The notes under the pieces: generated by a model
Database searches by the model: none
Seen by the model: only the letters and a program-made list of their open reading frames with translations
What the model was told of the DNA's origin: nothing
Shown: positions 1-9,984 of the stretch, one piece after another
Layout of the letters: each line of letters starts with the position of its first letter
How positions within the stretch are numbered: the first letter of the stretch is position 1
Translations under genes and position numbers: made by a program
Assembly (NCBI RefSeq): GCF_004010195.1
Contig: NC_057719.1
Location: 73,748,042 to 73,768,041, forward strand
DNA: 20,000 bases
DNA from: Chiloscyllium plagiosum
Taxonomy: Eukaryota
Direction: 5' to 3'

Positions 1-119
1 CACGTGTAAAATATATTTGGTGTTGGCACTGAGAGGCCTGGGTTGATTCATCCCCTGAGCCTTACCATTCTTTCTTAAATGAACTGTATCCACACAAATG
101 TGTGGAAAATTCACCAGTT

Positions 120-472
120 GGTCAGCAGCTCAGCAGTAATGTCACTGGATTAACCACAGGCTAACATTCTTGGGTCAATGGTTTAAATCCATGGTGGTTG
201 AATTCAATAAAATTCTGGACTTCAAAGCTAGACAAATAGTGACCATGAAACCTTTGTTGATTGTTATAAAAAAACCCACTCGTTCAATAATGTCCGTTAA
301 GGAAGGAAATCTACCATCCTTACATGACTGCAGACCCCTAGCAATGAGGCCTACGCTTAACTGCCCTCTGAAATGGCTAAAGCAAGTCACTCAGATCAAC
401 GGACAACAAGGGATTGGTAAGAAATATTGGCCCGGCCAACAATGCCCAATTCCAGTGAATGAATGTTTTAAA
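120..472 (+). mobile_element. tRNA-derived SINE (family A: tRNA-like head, conserved body, LINE-like 3' tail), degenerate copy
   Basis: Shares GACCATGAAACC (241-252) with 17713-17724 and 18001-18012, and GGAAGGAAATCT (301-312) with 10149-10160. Tail GGGATTGG...CCAGTGAATGAAT (410-464) resembles 11661-11716 and 18152-18206. Boundaries approximate. Confidence 0.8.
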
Positions 473-1368
473 ACAATCACAGGTAAATCTTGCTAGCTAG
501 TAATTGAATTTGGGGCATTCATGTAAAGGGTGGCATACATAGAAGAATTTAAATCTGATTATTTTTCCCCTCTCCTTTCTGGTGTAGCTTTTTCCTTCTA
601 CCCATATTTGAAGGCATTAACTTTTTGCTGACTAGCTGGTCATGAAAGTAGCTGCTCCCAGTGTGTGACGTTGGATAATAGGTGAAGAGATTTAACATTC
701 AGCATTGCAGCCAAGCCTGATATTGCCTTCACGTGGTGTCCAGCCAGCTGCACTTCCAGAAAAGCCACTGAATCACAACTTGGAGCAACCCCACAGAGCT
801 TTAGTTTGCTCCCCTTATCTCTATGGTGAAACACTTTCATGATGCCCAGACTGAAATCAGCCAACACAGTGACCAAATCTTGGTCTTCCTGGCCTATATA
901 GCTGTTCTTTGCTGCTTTAACTAGTATTAGCAAGCCCTTCAACACTTTCCTGGTGAAACCTTATATTGCATTAGAAAAATTGTGATTTCTTACTTGTGAG
1001 AGCAATCTTCACTTCAGTAAGGATTAGATCAAGAATACAAATGTTGCTTCCTGAGTTGGAAGTTCTTTTATTGCTAAAACTTAAAATGAAATGTGAAAGT
1101 ATATTTATCATAAAGCAATTGAGTTCTTACTTGATTTAAAGCAATATAAAAGGCCTTGACTATAATTTCCTGGTTATTACTGAATAAACTTGGGGAGAAT
1201 TCTAGCTTAATTCTTTAATGTAGCCATTATTGCTTTCACCTACTCAGCAACAGGTAGATGGACCAACAGTAGGATAAAATATGCCCCTGAATACCATAAC
1301 ATTAATTTGAAAAGAATTGATTGAGATCATAGGAATTTTCAAGCTGTAATCTGATCGTGGTGGTGGAT

Positions 1369-1404
1369 GGGGTGAGGGGTCAGGGGAGGTGGGGAACAGG
1401 GGGG
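1369..1404 (+). other. Potential G-quadruplex-forming tract
   Basis: GGGG-TGA-GGGG-TCA-GGGG-AGGT-GGGG-AACA-GGGGGG: five runs of at least 4 G with 3-4 nt loops, in AT-rich flanks. Confidence 0.6.
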
Positions 1405-1691
1405 TGGTTCTTCAGCTACAGGTTTTCACTTACATATCTCAACCCTCAAAGTTTGCAGCATTAGCCGCATCATTCAAATGAGATTAGTCGCCAAAATATT
1501 GGTAATTTTTCTGTATAAATTTCATTGCTAATAGTGACATAAATAGCAGAGTAAAGATGGGCAAGAACAAGCAAAATGTTTTCTTTAGTCAGCGTTGCAT
1601 TGAAAATATTCCACATAAAGTTGCAAGTTCCCATTATCTCAGTAAAATTGCTGAAGCCAGAATATTCCTTCAAATAAAATGTGTTCCTACT

Positions 1692-1710
1692 CAGCCACTA
1701 GATGGTAGGC
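1692..1710 (+). promoter_or_regulatory. CTCF-like motif
   Basis: CAGCCACTAGATGGTAGGC resembles the CTCF core CCAC(T/C)AG(A/G)TGGCAG with a C>T change at a conserved position. Motif match only. Confidence 0.3.
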
Positions 1711-3904
1711 TAACATAATCTAATTTCCACATTGCAGAGAAGGGCGACTAATATTTTTATTTCAGGAATTTCTCGTAGTCATAATATACTGAGGGTATTC
1801 CAGGAATTAGATTACTTGTGTGGAAATTGAAGCACTTGGTTTTGTTATTTCATTGCACTCTGCAGTCAACAAGATTTAATGAAATATTATCTTGTTGTTT
1901 CAGTCATTGTCAATATATCGCTGATGGTGAGGTAACAGCAGGATTCTGTGAATAGTGTTTACAGCTTCTGAGTGTGATTAAAGGAATAGAACTTAAGATA
2001 GGGAGTTGTGGTGCTGCTTATATTAGGACAGCTTTTGGATTTTCAGGAATATAAACCCATGATTGATATTACCAAAATCACTACTGTTTGATTTAACCAA
2101 TCTTCTTCCTCTTGTCACTGCGTTGGTGTCTAATCTTTGCTAAGATACTTGACCCTTAACCTAGATTTCATACTTTTTCTTAAACTGACTCAATTAATTT
2201 TGTATTATTAATTGAGTGGTGATGGAGTTTTCTTTCATCCCCCTGACAGAATGGGGGAAGAAAAGAAATCCCTTATAGTGGCACTAACATGAATTTCAAT
2301 TGCAGAGCTTTGTTTAACACCAGATATCGACAACCAACACACAAATCTCCTTGCTGAATGCATTGCAGACTGTGGTGTAGTCTGGGAACTGAGGGTGTAA
2401 ACCTGTCCAGATCATAGCAATGTTGTTCCTTAAACGTGTTCCTGGCTATTGGCTTTGTAGCCTGTTTTGGTTGCATATACGCCTGCAATTCTACACTGTT
2501 CAGTCATCTTTGTTGTACTACTTCTGAGCTTGTTATCCTTTCTGTTGTGTCCTTTGTATGCTTGTCATATTGGTATTTTCCCAAATGGCTTTTCTTCCTT
2601 ACATCCTGATATATGTATTTGCAATTTAGCCATTGTGTTCCTTGAATGATTATCCTGAACATTTCGTTCTCCAAAGCTTTTAAATAAAACAGCCTTTGTC
2701 CTTGATTAATTGTCATTGAGGATGTTGTGTTTATGTTGCTGACCTATTTATTTTCACCTGCTGTGCTGTGGGGAACTGGATTTTGAGATCTGGCCTTTGT
2801 TTGAATTTACTTTGGCACAGTTTGTATATTTCATTGGCCGCTGTGCCGTGTGTGGTGCGGCACATTCATTCAAAAGGCTGAGGTAAATGACTGGAAATAA
2901 GCTATTCAAGTCTGCCAATCAAGCATGTGCAATCTGTGCTTTGAATGTTAAGTTATTTTGTGCAAGCATCAACTTGAGAATTGCAGACTCAAGTTCTTGA
3001 ATGCTGCCCTTCTCAATGAGCGTTGTAATTTCACTGTTGGCCTTTGTAACTGTGGGCCAGATAGAAAGAAATTACAAGTATACGTAACAACATAAGAAAG
3101 ATACAGTAAGAGCAAATAGGTGAAACGTAACTGTGTTTATATACAACTAGTTATATTTTGTTGGGTTTTACATAAAGTTATTTTTTGGTATTATACTTCA
3201 CGTGTAGCTTTAGAAATACAATGTACCACAGATTTGGAAAGTTACTGAATAAAGCTAGTTATCAAACAATCACTGATACTCATGGCTTCTTACTGGTCCT
3301 CAAGGATAGAAGTTATGTTTCTGATAAATATTTGGTTTCAACCCATAATGTTTACATTTTCTTATTGAGTAACCGGTTGTGGGATCCAATGTAAACAGAA
3401 CATTCGGAAAAACAGCTTGACCCAGAGCCTCACTTGGTGAATAATGAATGACTCCCAGAGACAAGTAACATAGGGAATTCAGTCAAACATTTGGTGGGCG
3501 TAACATTCCACTTGACAAATTCATTTTGACATTTTAGTGTGACTGAAAACACATCTACATTGTGCATGTAGCACTACTCCAAATTATTGAGCAAGGTCAA
3601 GGGGTTAAAAGACGAAGAGACAGCATACCCGAAATTATTCTGATACTGAACCACTTGATCACTGTCAGAAAATGGTTGCCACTCAATCAGGAGCAAAACA
3701 GGAAAAGAGAATGTTCACCATTATGTGTTACAAAATGTGTAGCTGACAGGGTTAGCCTTGCAGAATGCAAGTGTTAACACATTGATAGATTATCAGAAAA
3801 ATTGTTTGTATAGAGTGAATAGTTTAAAAACTCAGAACGTCAGTCTGATTCCTCTGGGTTTTAGCACAACTTGCAATTCACAAGGTTAAGCCACGCGATC
3901 TGGA

Positions 3905-4170
3905 AGGTAGGAATAGGAATGGGACGTTCAACCCCTCATACTTATCTCACTGCTATTCACTGTGAACATAATTGATATGTACCCTGACTCTGTCTACACA
4001 CTCTTTTACCTTTATGCTCTTGATTGTCTTTCAGCTAACAAAATGTTGCAGATCCCAGTCTTGAATATTTCGATTCTCCCATGATGCACTGCTTCAAGGG
4101 GCAGAGTTCCATATTTCCCCTAACCTTTGAGAATCGCGAGTTTACTCAGAAATGGCCCATCTCCAATTTT
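3905..4170 (-). mobile_element. Old CR1 LINE 3' fragment
   Basis: Degenerate match to the reverse-complemented CR1 3' end seen more clearly at 15190-15505 (TAGGAATAGGAATGGGACGTTCAACCCC vs ATAGGAGCAGGAGTAGGCCATTTGGCCC; GGCAGAGTTCCA vs GGTAGAGAATTCCA). Confidence 0.65.
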
Positions 4171-5088
4171 TTAGCTCCAGCATTACCTGTTCAGCACACT
4201 AGAATGTCTTGATGTCTGTTACAAGCAAACTCTCCACAAGTTCATAGTTCTGATTCTAAATGTTCAAATCTGTGGTTGAGAATTCATTTTCAAGAAGTCA
4301 TCGCAACGGTTCAATGGAATTAGTTTTGATAAATTGAGTAGGCTGTAACATTCACCACAGGCCTCAATCTACTCTAGTCTACGTTAGACTGCTGGGCAGA
4401 TCTTTCCATTGTGAGGAGACTGATTTGATGGTGGGCATGAAGTGAGCATTCTTGCTCTCAGGTGTAGCTTGGATTTATTCACACAATTGTGTGTCACCTG
4501 ATTACATAGGCCAGTGCAAGGACCTTGACGTATCTTGTGCTGGGAGTGGGCAAGGAGTTGATGCCTTTGTGAGTACCTTACAAGGTTCAAAAGCCCAAGG
4601 GACTTACTTAAAGTGCACCTCACAGACATTCATTCCCTGCAAGACAAACATATCCATTGGGTGTTCAGAGTGGATACCTGCAACAGAGCATTCTCGCTGT
4701 TCCTATATTCCCTGCATCCCTTCCCCAGGCAGACTTCCACCTATAGCCAGCCTCTTTAACCCATTCCCATTACACTCCAGCCTCCCTTTCTTGATTATCC
4801 TCTATGCCCATGAAGATTACTGCCACCTGATCTATCACATGGCATGGTGGAGCCAAACCTACAATCAGTAGTAACTTAATCCAAAGTCCAGGGAGTTGAC
4901 TATCTCTCATACTGCCTTTTATTTCTATGTAGTAGCCATGACTATGTTAGTATTTATTGTTTCATAGCTTAGAATGTAAATGGAAAGGGGAACTTAATTC
5001 TGGCCAAATGACATTCTAATAAGCGTGTAATGAGTGCAAAGCATTTGGCATCAGGAAGCTTTAAAATTCTGAGATTTCTTTACAAATA

Positions 5089-5876
5089 CAGAAGAACCTT
5101 GATTATCCAAATCTCAATTATCTGAATTTTGGATTATCCGAAGAAGATCTCAAAGTCCCAATAGAAACATTACATCAAAGAGGTGTTTCAACACTGATCG
5201 CATCTTTTGTTTACAATAATTAAAAATGAACTCGGCTTACTGAAATACTGCCGAGAACAGTCCTGGACATCGATGCGAGCCCAGGCACCGCCTCCACCAT
5301 AATCTCTCTCCCCACACTTTCCCTGGAATTCTACACTGTGTGTGTACCCTAGAAACCCCTTCCCCATATAATCCCTGCAACATTGTCCTGTAGAGAGCAA
5401 AGGTGGAACTTGTCAAAAAGTTGCAGTGAAAAGTTATGTGTGTGTGTATGTATGTGCTATTTTGAGACTCACCTCCCCCCCCCCAAAGGCAGCAGCAGTC
5501 TTACTGTTGGTGTCCCAGGGCAGGGGGTGCAGACCTTGGGGGTGGGACGGATGGGGGTCAGGGTGGGGGGCGCAGGGGTTCGCGCATGATGTGCTGCTGC
5601 CTAGTCTCCTGAACGGGGAGCGGACTTAGCAAGTGCTCGCTATGTCAATCCCTTTGAACGGGGGGGGTGGGGGTCTGCAGGTCCCTTACACACACGTGTG
5701 TGTCTGCTCAGAAACAAACCCTGAGACAGAGAGAGGGAGCAAGGCAGGCAGAGTGAGGAAAAACTTCAGAAAACACCGAGCCCCAGAGGAGAGGCATTGA
5801 ATCAGTTATCCAAATAATCAGTTAACCCAATGAAATAGTGCCCACCCATCTCGTTTGGATAATCGAGGTTTCTTTG
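5089..5876. mobile_element. Non-autonomous Tc1/mariner-superfamily (pogo/Tigger-like) DNA transposon, 788 bp
   Basis: TA at 5087-5088 and 5877-5878. 23-bp imperfect TIRs: CAGAAGAACCTTGATTATCCAAA (5089-5111) vs reverse complement of 5854-5876, CAAAGAAACCTCGATTATCCAAA (19/23 identical). Subterminal ATTATC(C/T)(G/A)AA repeats near 5102, 5118 and 5133. No transposase ORF. Confidence 0.85.
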
Positions 5877-6974
5877 TATTCAGCCTGCTGTTGGGAATCT
5901 GATTTTTGGTCACTTACCCAATTTTACCCAGGTCACCATTCTGCCCATTCACACATCCGTTATGTGTAACAATTGGTGGAACTGAAAAGAAAATAATAAT
6001 GCTGATGGCTAATCTTTGTGCTGTGATTGCACAATAGAACAAATGAAATGGGCACAACAAAACAATTCTCTAAAATTGAGTCTTTGAGTTGAAGCACAGT
6101 AGTTGATTTACATAAACATAGAGGGCTGCAGATTTTGGTGTCTTAAGAAATAAAAATGTTGAATCAAATGATGTGATCCTTCAATGCTCCAAGTTGGAAA
6201 CACCCACTGATCGCCTGCGATACTGAAATTTAACATTTCCCCCTCCTCCTTCCAATCTGCATAATTCTACAAAACCAGTTATACTTCTCTGAAATACTTC
6301 AGTTTAATTTGATATTGCGCTTTCTGTTTTTTTTCACGTGCAAGGACACCACTTTGTAAGTGATAATCCTAAGATGCTAAAGCCAGGCTAAAGTATAGTT
6401 AAGGATATAAAGCTGTCTGTAGAGCGTCCAATGCAGCACAACAGTCAGTTGTGGCTGAAGACGAAAGGAAATTGTCTTGACTCGAGGAGAAATTGGCTGC
6501 TTTTCTTTCTACATTGGAGAATTGCTCATTCAGGCAAACTTTTATTCAGTTGGAGCTCTCAGACATAATTCAGAGGAAAATGAGTGAAAGTAGCCCTGGC
6601 ACATGCATACAGACTGCTTATTAAATTGTTTTTGTTGAAAATACTCCAAGGAATTGTAAGCACCCTTTTGAAAGATACTCCATCCACAGTCGTGTCCCTT
6701 GTTGTCGATGATATCTGATACAGCAGACTGTACTCCAAAACTACATCCTTCTTGAATTAATGGAACTGCCTATTTAATCTGAACCAGATTGTATTTGATT
6801 GTGTGTGTCCGATGTTAGACTTTGTGTATAAAGAAAACCTGTCAAAATGAATGTGGATTTACAATTGTTATGTTTCTGTTGCTTTTTCCTTGCATGGGAC
6901 TTGGAGTCAGTGTTTGGGGAGAAAGAGGGGAAACAGCAATAGTTGAGTGGAAGTAATAAAAAGAATGAGCTGGA

Positions 6975-7086
6975 GTATATACTATTAAAATACCAGAGCT
7001 GTAGGAAATCTGAAAATCAGTAGACCAGGCAGCATTATTGGAGAGAATAAACAAAAGCTTTTCGGGTCAATTACCTTTCATTAGAA
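6975..7086 (-). mobile_element. Short Penelope-related non-autonomous element, degenerate, with hammerhead-like remnant
   Basis: CAGGCAGCAT...GGAGAGAA...TTTCGGGTCAATTACCTTTCATTAGAA resembles the arms at 15756-15943 and the copy at 9312-9415. Minus strand reads CTAATGA-AAGGTAATTGACCC-GAAA. Confidence 0.6.
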
Positions 7087-7454
7087 ATCACATGTATTGG
7101 GAGACCATTACATTAGTCTCTTGAAGGCTCAAATTGCACATCATTTGAGCTTTGAATGGAAACGTACCAATACTAGCTCTGGCAAAACTTTTACCAGCAG
7201 ATGGTCTAGCCTGGGTTGCTGGTGATTCTTATCCGAGGTTTCAGTGAGTGTGCTGTGGCATCTGGAGACTCAACTTCTATGTTTCATGGGTCTTATAACG
7301 ATTTGTGTAAAAACAGCAATAAAATTGAGGGCAAAGAGAAAAAGCAGGATTTTTTTTAATCAATGATCTTCTCTAGACGTTTCAAAGGCTTATTCTTCTT
7401 CTAGTTTTGGACCATTTCTCTATTTTGATGCTCAAATATCTGAGTTCCTTCCTC

Positions 7455-8008
7455 CACAGAGAATTACAGAATGGTTCCATGGTGGAATGAGTCCATTTGG
7501 CCCATTGTCTCTGCACCAGCACTCCAAAGTAGCATTCACTTTGTGCTATTCTCCAGCCCAATCCCTTTGCATATTTCCTCCTTTTCGTATCGTGATCCAA
7601 TTCCACCTTGAACGTCTTGATTGAGTCTCCCTCCAGCACCACCCTCAGGCAGTGCATTGAGGATCAAACACTCACTGCATGAAGAATATTCTCCTCATGT
7701 CTCCGTTGCTTTTTCGCCAATTATATCAAATCTGTGTCCCCTTATTCACAATCATTCCAATGGTGGAAACAGCTTGACCCATCTACTCTTTCCAACTTGC
7801 ACATTATTTTAAGTATTTCCATCAAATCTTTCCTCTGATGAAAATGGTCTCTCCCTCTCCGCTGTATATACCTAAATGAAGTTCTTGATCAATGGAACAG
7901 TTCTTATGAATCTTTTCAGCAGTCTCTCTAATACCTTCACACCTTGCCTAAAGTGTGATGCCCAGAACTGGACACAGTATCCTAATTGAATCCACACCAG
8001 TGTTCTGT
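7455..8008 (-). mobile_element. CR1 LINE 3' fragment (ORF2 C-terminus plus 3' UTR), degenerate
   Basis: CCCAGAACTGGACACAGTAT (7961-7980) encodes YCVQFW on the minus strand and matches 14061-14081 in the younger copy. Minus ORF 7382..7657 contains DSIKTFKVELD, a typical CR1 ORF2 terminal motif. Confidence 0.85.
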
Positions 8009-9175
8009 CCGTACACAGATGTGCCCACTTTATAACCATGACTGTACCCTACAAGTACATAGTGATGGTAAAGAGCTTTGGAAACATTGTTAGATCAAGG
8101 AAGTGAATGCGACTTTCTTTCTTCCTTTTGCAAAGTTATTTTGCTTAAAGAGAGCTGCAAGCTGATTGACAAATAACATAAATCCTGTGACACTGAGGCC
8201 GGATGTACATCCAAGTGCAGTTTACTCAATGAGAGGAACAGTTCTGTATCAACTCTTATGACAATATGGAATGTATCACCATAGATAGCTGTTGAACTAT
8301 AGTCATCAAAGACATTGTTTTATTAAAGGTATTAAAAAGAGGAAGGGAAAATGGAAATGACACGAGGAAATTGGATTAAAGTAGACCACACACGCACAAG
8401 GGCTGAAGCATTCTGCTTCTGTCTTGCAGTGCCTGTATTTCTGCCACTTGCCCTCAGGAGACAGGGGAAGAGTAGAGGACAAGCAAAGTGAGGGAAAAAA
8501 GAGCAAAACAACAGCAAGGTGGGAATGAAAGAATATAACCTGGCAGAAGAAATAAAGGTGAAAGTGGGGAAAATGAGGAAGAGAAACAACAAGAAGGGGA
8601 AAAAGAACATTCTAACAGAAAATTGAAAACAAAATAATATTATAGTGACTTTTCCGTTGCACATTTATCCTGAATTTTTTCATTTTTGGGGTAAGTTTTT
8701 CTTGACACATTCCTTGTTGTGTGTGGATAGAGGCAATATGTGTAGATTTACTCTTCTCTCTTATACACAAATACACACATATACAAAATATTATGCAGGA
8801 AAAAGATCTATTCATGATCTGAAAACAGGAAAAGGGTTGTCAAACCGATTAGACTTTGACCATGAGCAAGTTGGGAGTAACAAGACATTTTCCTAAGAGT
8901 GTATTGCAATACAACAGACAAAGCATACACGAAGTAGATGGCACATTGTGCCCTGACACTTTGTATTCCATTAACAAGTACACCATATTCCACACTGAAC
9001 TTCCCTGATTGTAACCAGCATCTCCCTCCTCGGTTCAGCTGCAGGAATCCTACATCTCAGACTTGATGCCAGCTTTCTAATGAAAACATCTTGCTGCAAC
9101 GTTTTCATTAGGACCCCGCCTACTTTTTGCAGCATCCTTATTCATACGCTGCAGTCTGTCCTCAAAATTTAAAGA

Positions 9176-9348
9176 AACACAACAAAAACAGAAATTGCTG
9201 GGAAACCTTAGCGGGCCACCTGTGGGCGGCACGGTGGCCCAGTGGTTAGCACTGCTGCCTCACAGCGCCTGTAGACCCGGGTTCAATTCCCGACTCAGGC
9301 GACTGACTGTGAACACAACAAAAACAGAAATTGCTGGGAAACCTTAGC
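9176..9348 (+). repeat. Exact 37-bp direct repeat (9176-9212 and 9312-9348)
   Basis: AACACAACAAAAACAGAAATTGCTGGGAAACCTTAGC occurs twice, flanking a 99-bp insert. Confidence 0.95.
9224..9311 (+). mobile_element. HE1-type (V-SINE) tRNA-derived head only, 3'-truncated
   Basis: GGGCGGCACGGTGGCCCAGTGGTTAGCACTGCTGCCTCACAGCGCC...GGGTTCAATTCCCG with A box (9235-9245) and B box (9280-9290). Homologous to the reverse complement of about 18530-18616. CpGs are retained, suggesting a young copy. Confidence 0.9.
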
Positions 9349-9415
9349 AGGTCGAGCAGCGTCTCTATGGAGCGAAAGCAGAGCTAGCGTTTTCGGTCCA
9401 GTGATCCTTCTTTGG
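9312..9415 (-). mobile_element. Short Penelope-related non-autonomous element with degenerate hammerhead-like core
   Basis: TGCTGGGAAACCTTAGCAGGTCGAGCAGC resembles TGCTGGGAAAGCACAGCCAGTCAGGCAGC (15768-15796). Minus strand reads CAAAGA-AGGATCACTGGACC-GAAAAC. Confidence 0.65.
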
Positions 9416-9984
9416 GATTTTTTTCAAAGAAACAATGATGGGTTTGGGTTACTTCCTCTCGAGACCCTTAAAGTGGAGACCCTGTGTGCTTCCCAAAGAG
9501 AGGGAGCAAGCCATGAATGGAGTCTTGAGGGATCACAGACAAAGAGCTTCTAGAATTCAACTCTGGTGTAACAGACAGTGTCTGTAAAGCTCACCTGCCT
9601 ACTGGGCCATATCTTATCAGGAAATTAATGCACAAAACAGATTGGTAAAAATGGAGCCAAGAAAAATGAATTAAGATGCAAAGAAACATCTGACTACCCA
9701 GCACCATACTGTAATAAATTTAAGATGGAGCAATTCGAGCTTTTTCTAATGTTCCTTTGACATACCAGTCAAACAGTGTCAATCCGTAAAAGTTAAACTC
9801 AACAGATGACTTTGTAGCAGTAATATGTCTGATAGTGTATTGCAGTAAAGCATTCATGATAACCTTTCCAAAATCCCGTGTTTAGCTAAATGACAATATT
9901 ATAATTGCTTATTGGCCTTGTCAGAAACTTTACATTCGGTGAAAGAAGAAAAGAAAAATATAAATGGAACATGATACCATTCAG

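Noticed and set aside
170..945. ORFs 170..496, 175..390 and 640..945
   Set aside because: The first two lie in a SINE; none has recognisable domains or splice support.
1904..1931. Tiny exon candidate (TTTCAG acceptor; donors GTGAGG at 1927 or GTAACA at 1932; peptide HCQYIADGE)
   Set aside because: 23 or 28 nt, not frame-preserving, short pyrimidine tract, peptide not recognised; indistinguishable from chance without RNA data.
4384..4871. 139-aa and 81-aa overlapping ORFs
   Set aside because: No ATG at the given start of the longer ORF, no recognisable motif; possibly an old unclassified repeat that I cannot support.
9224..9300. Possible tRNA gene (A and B boxes)
   Set aside because: Matches the HE1 SINE head (cf. 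18530-18616) and continues into SINE body sequence, so it is not a bona fide tRNA.
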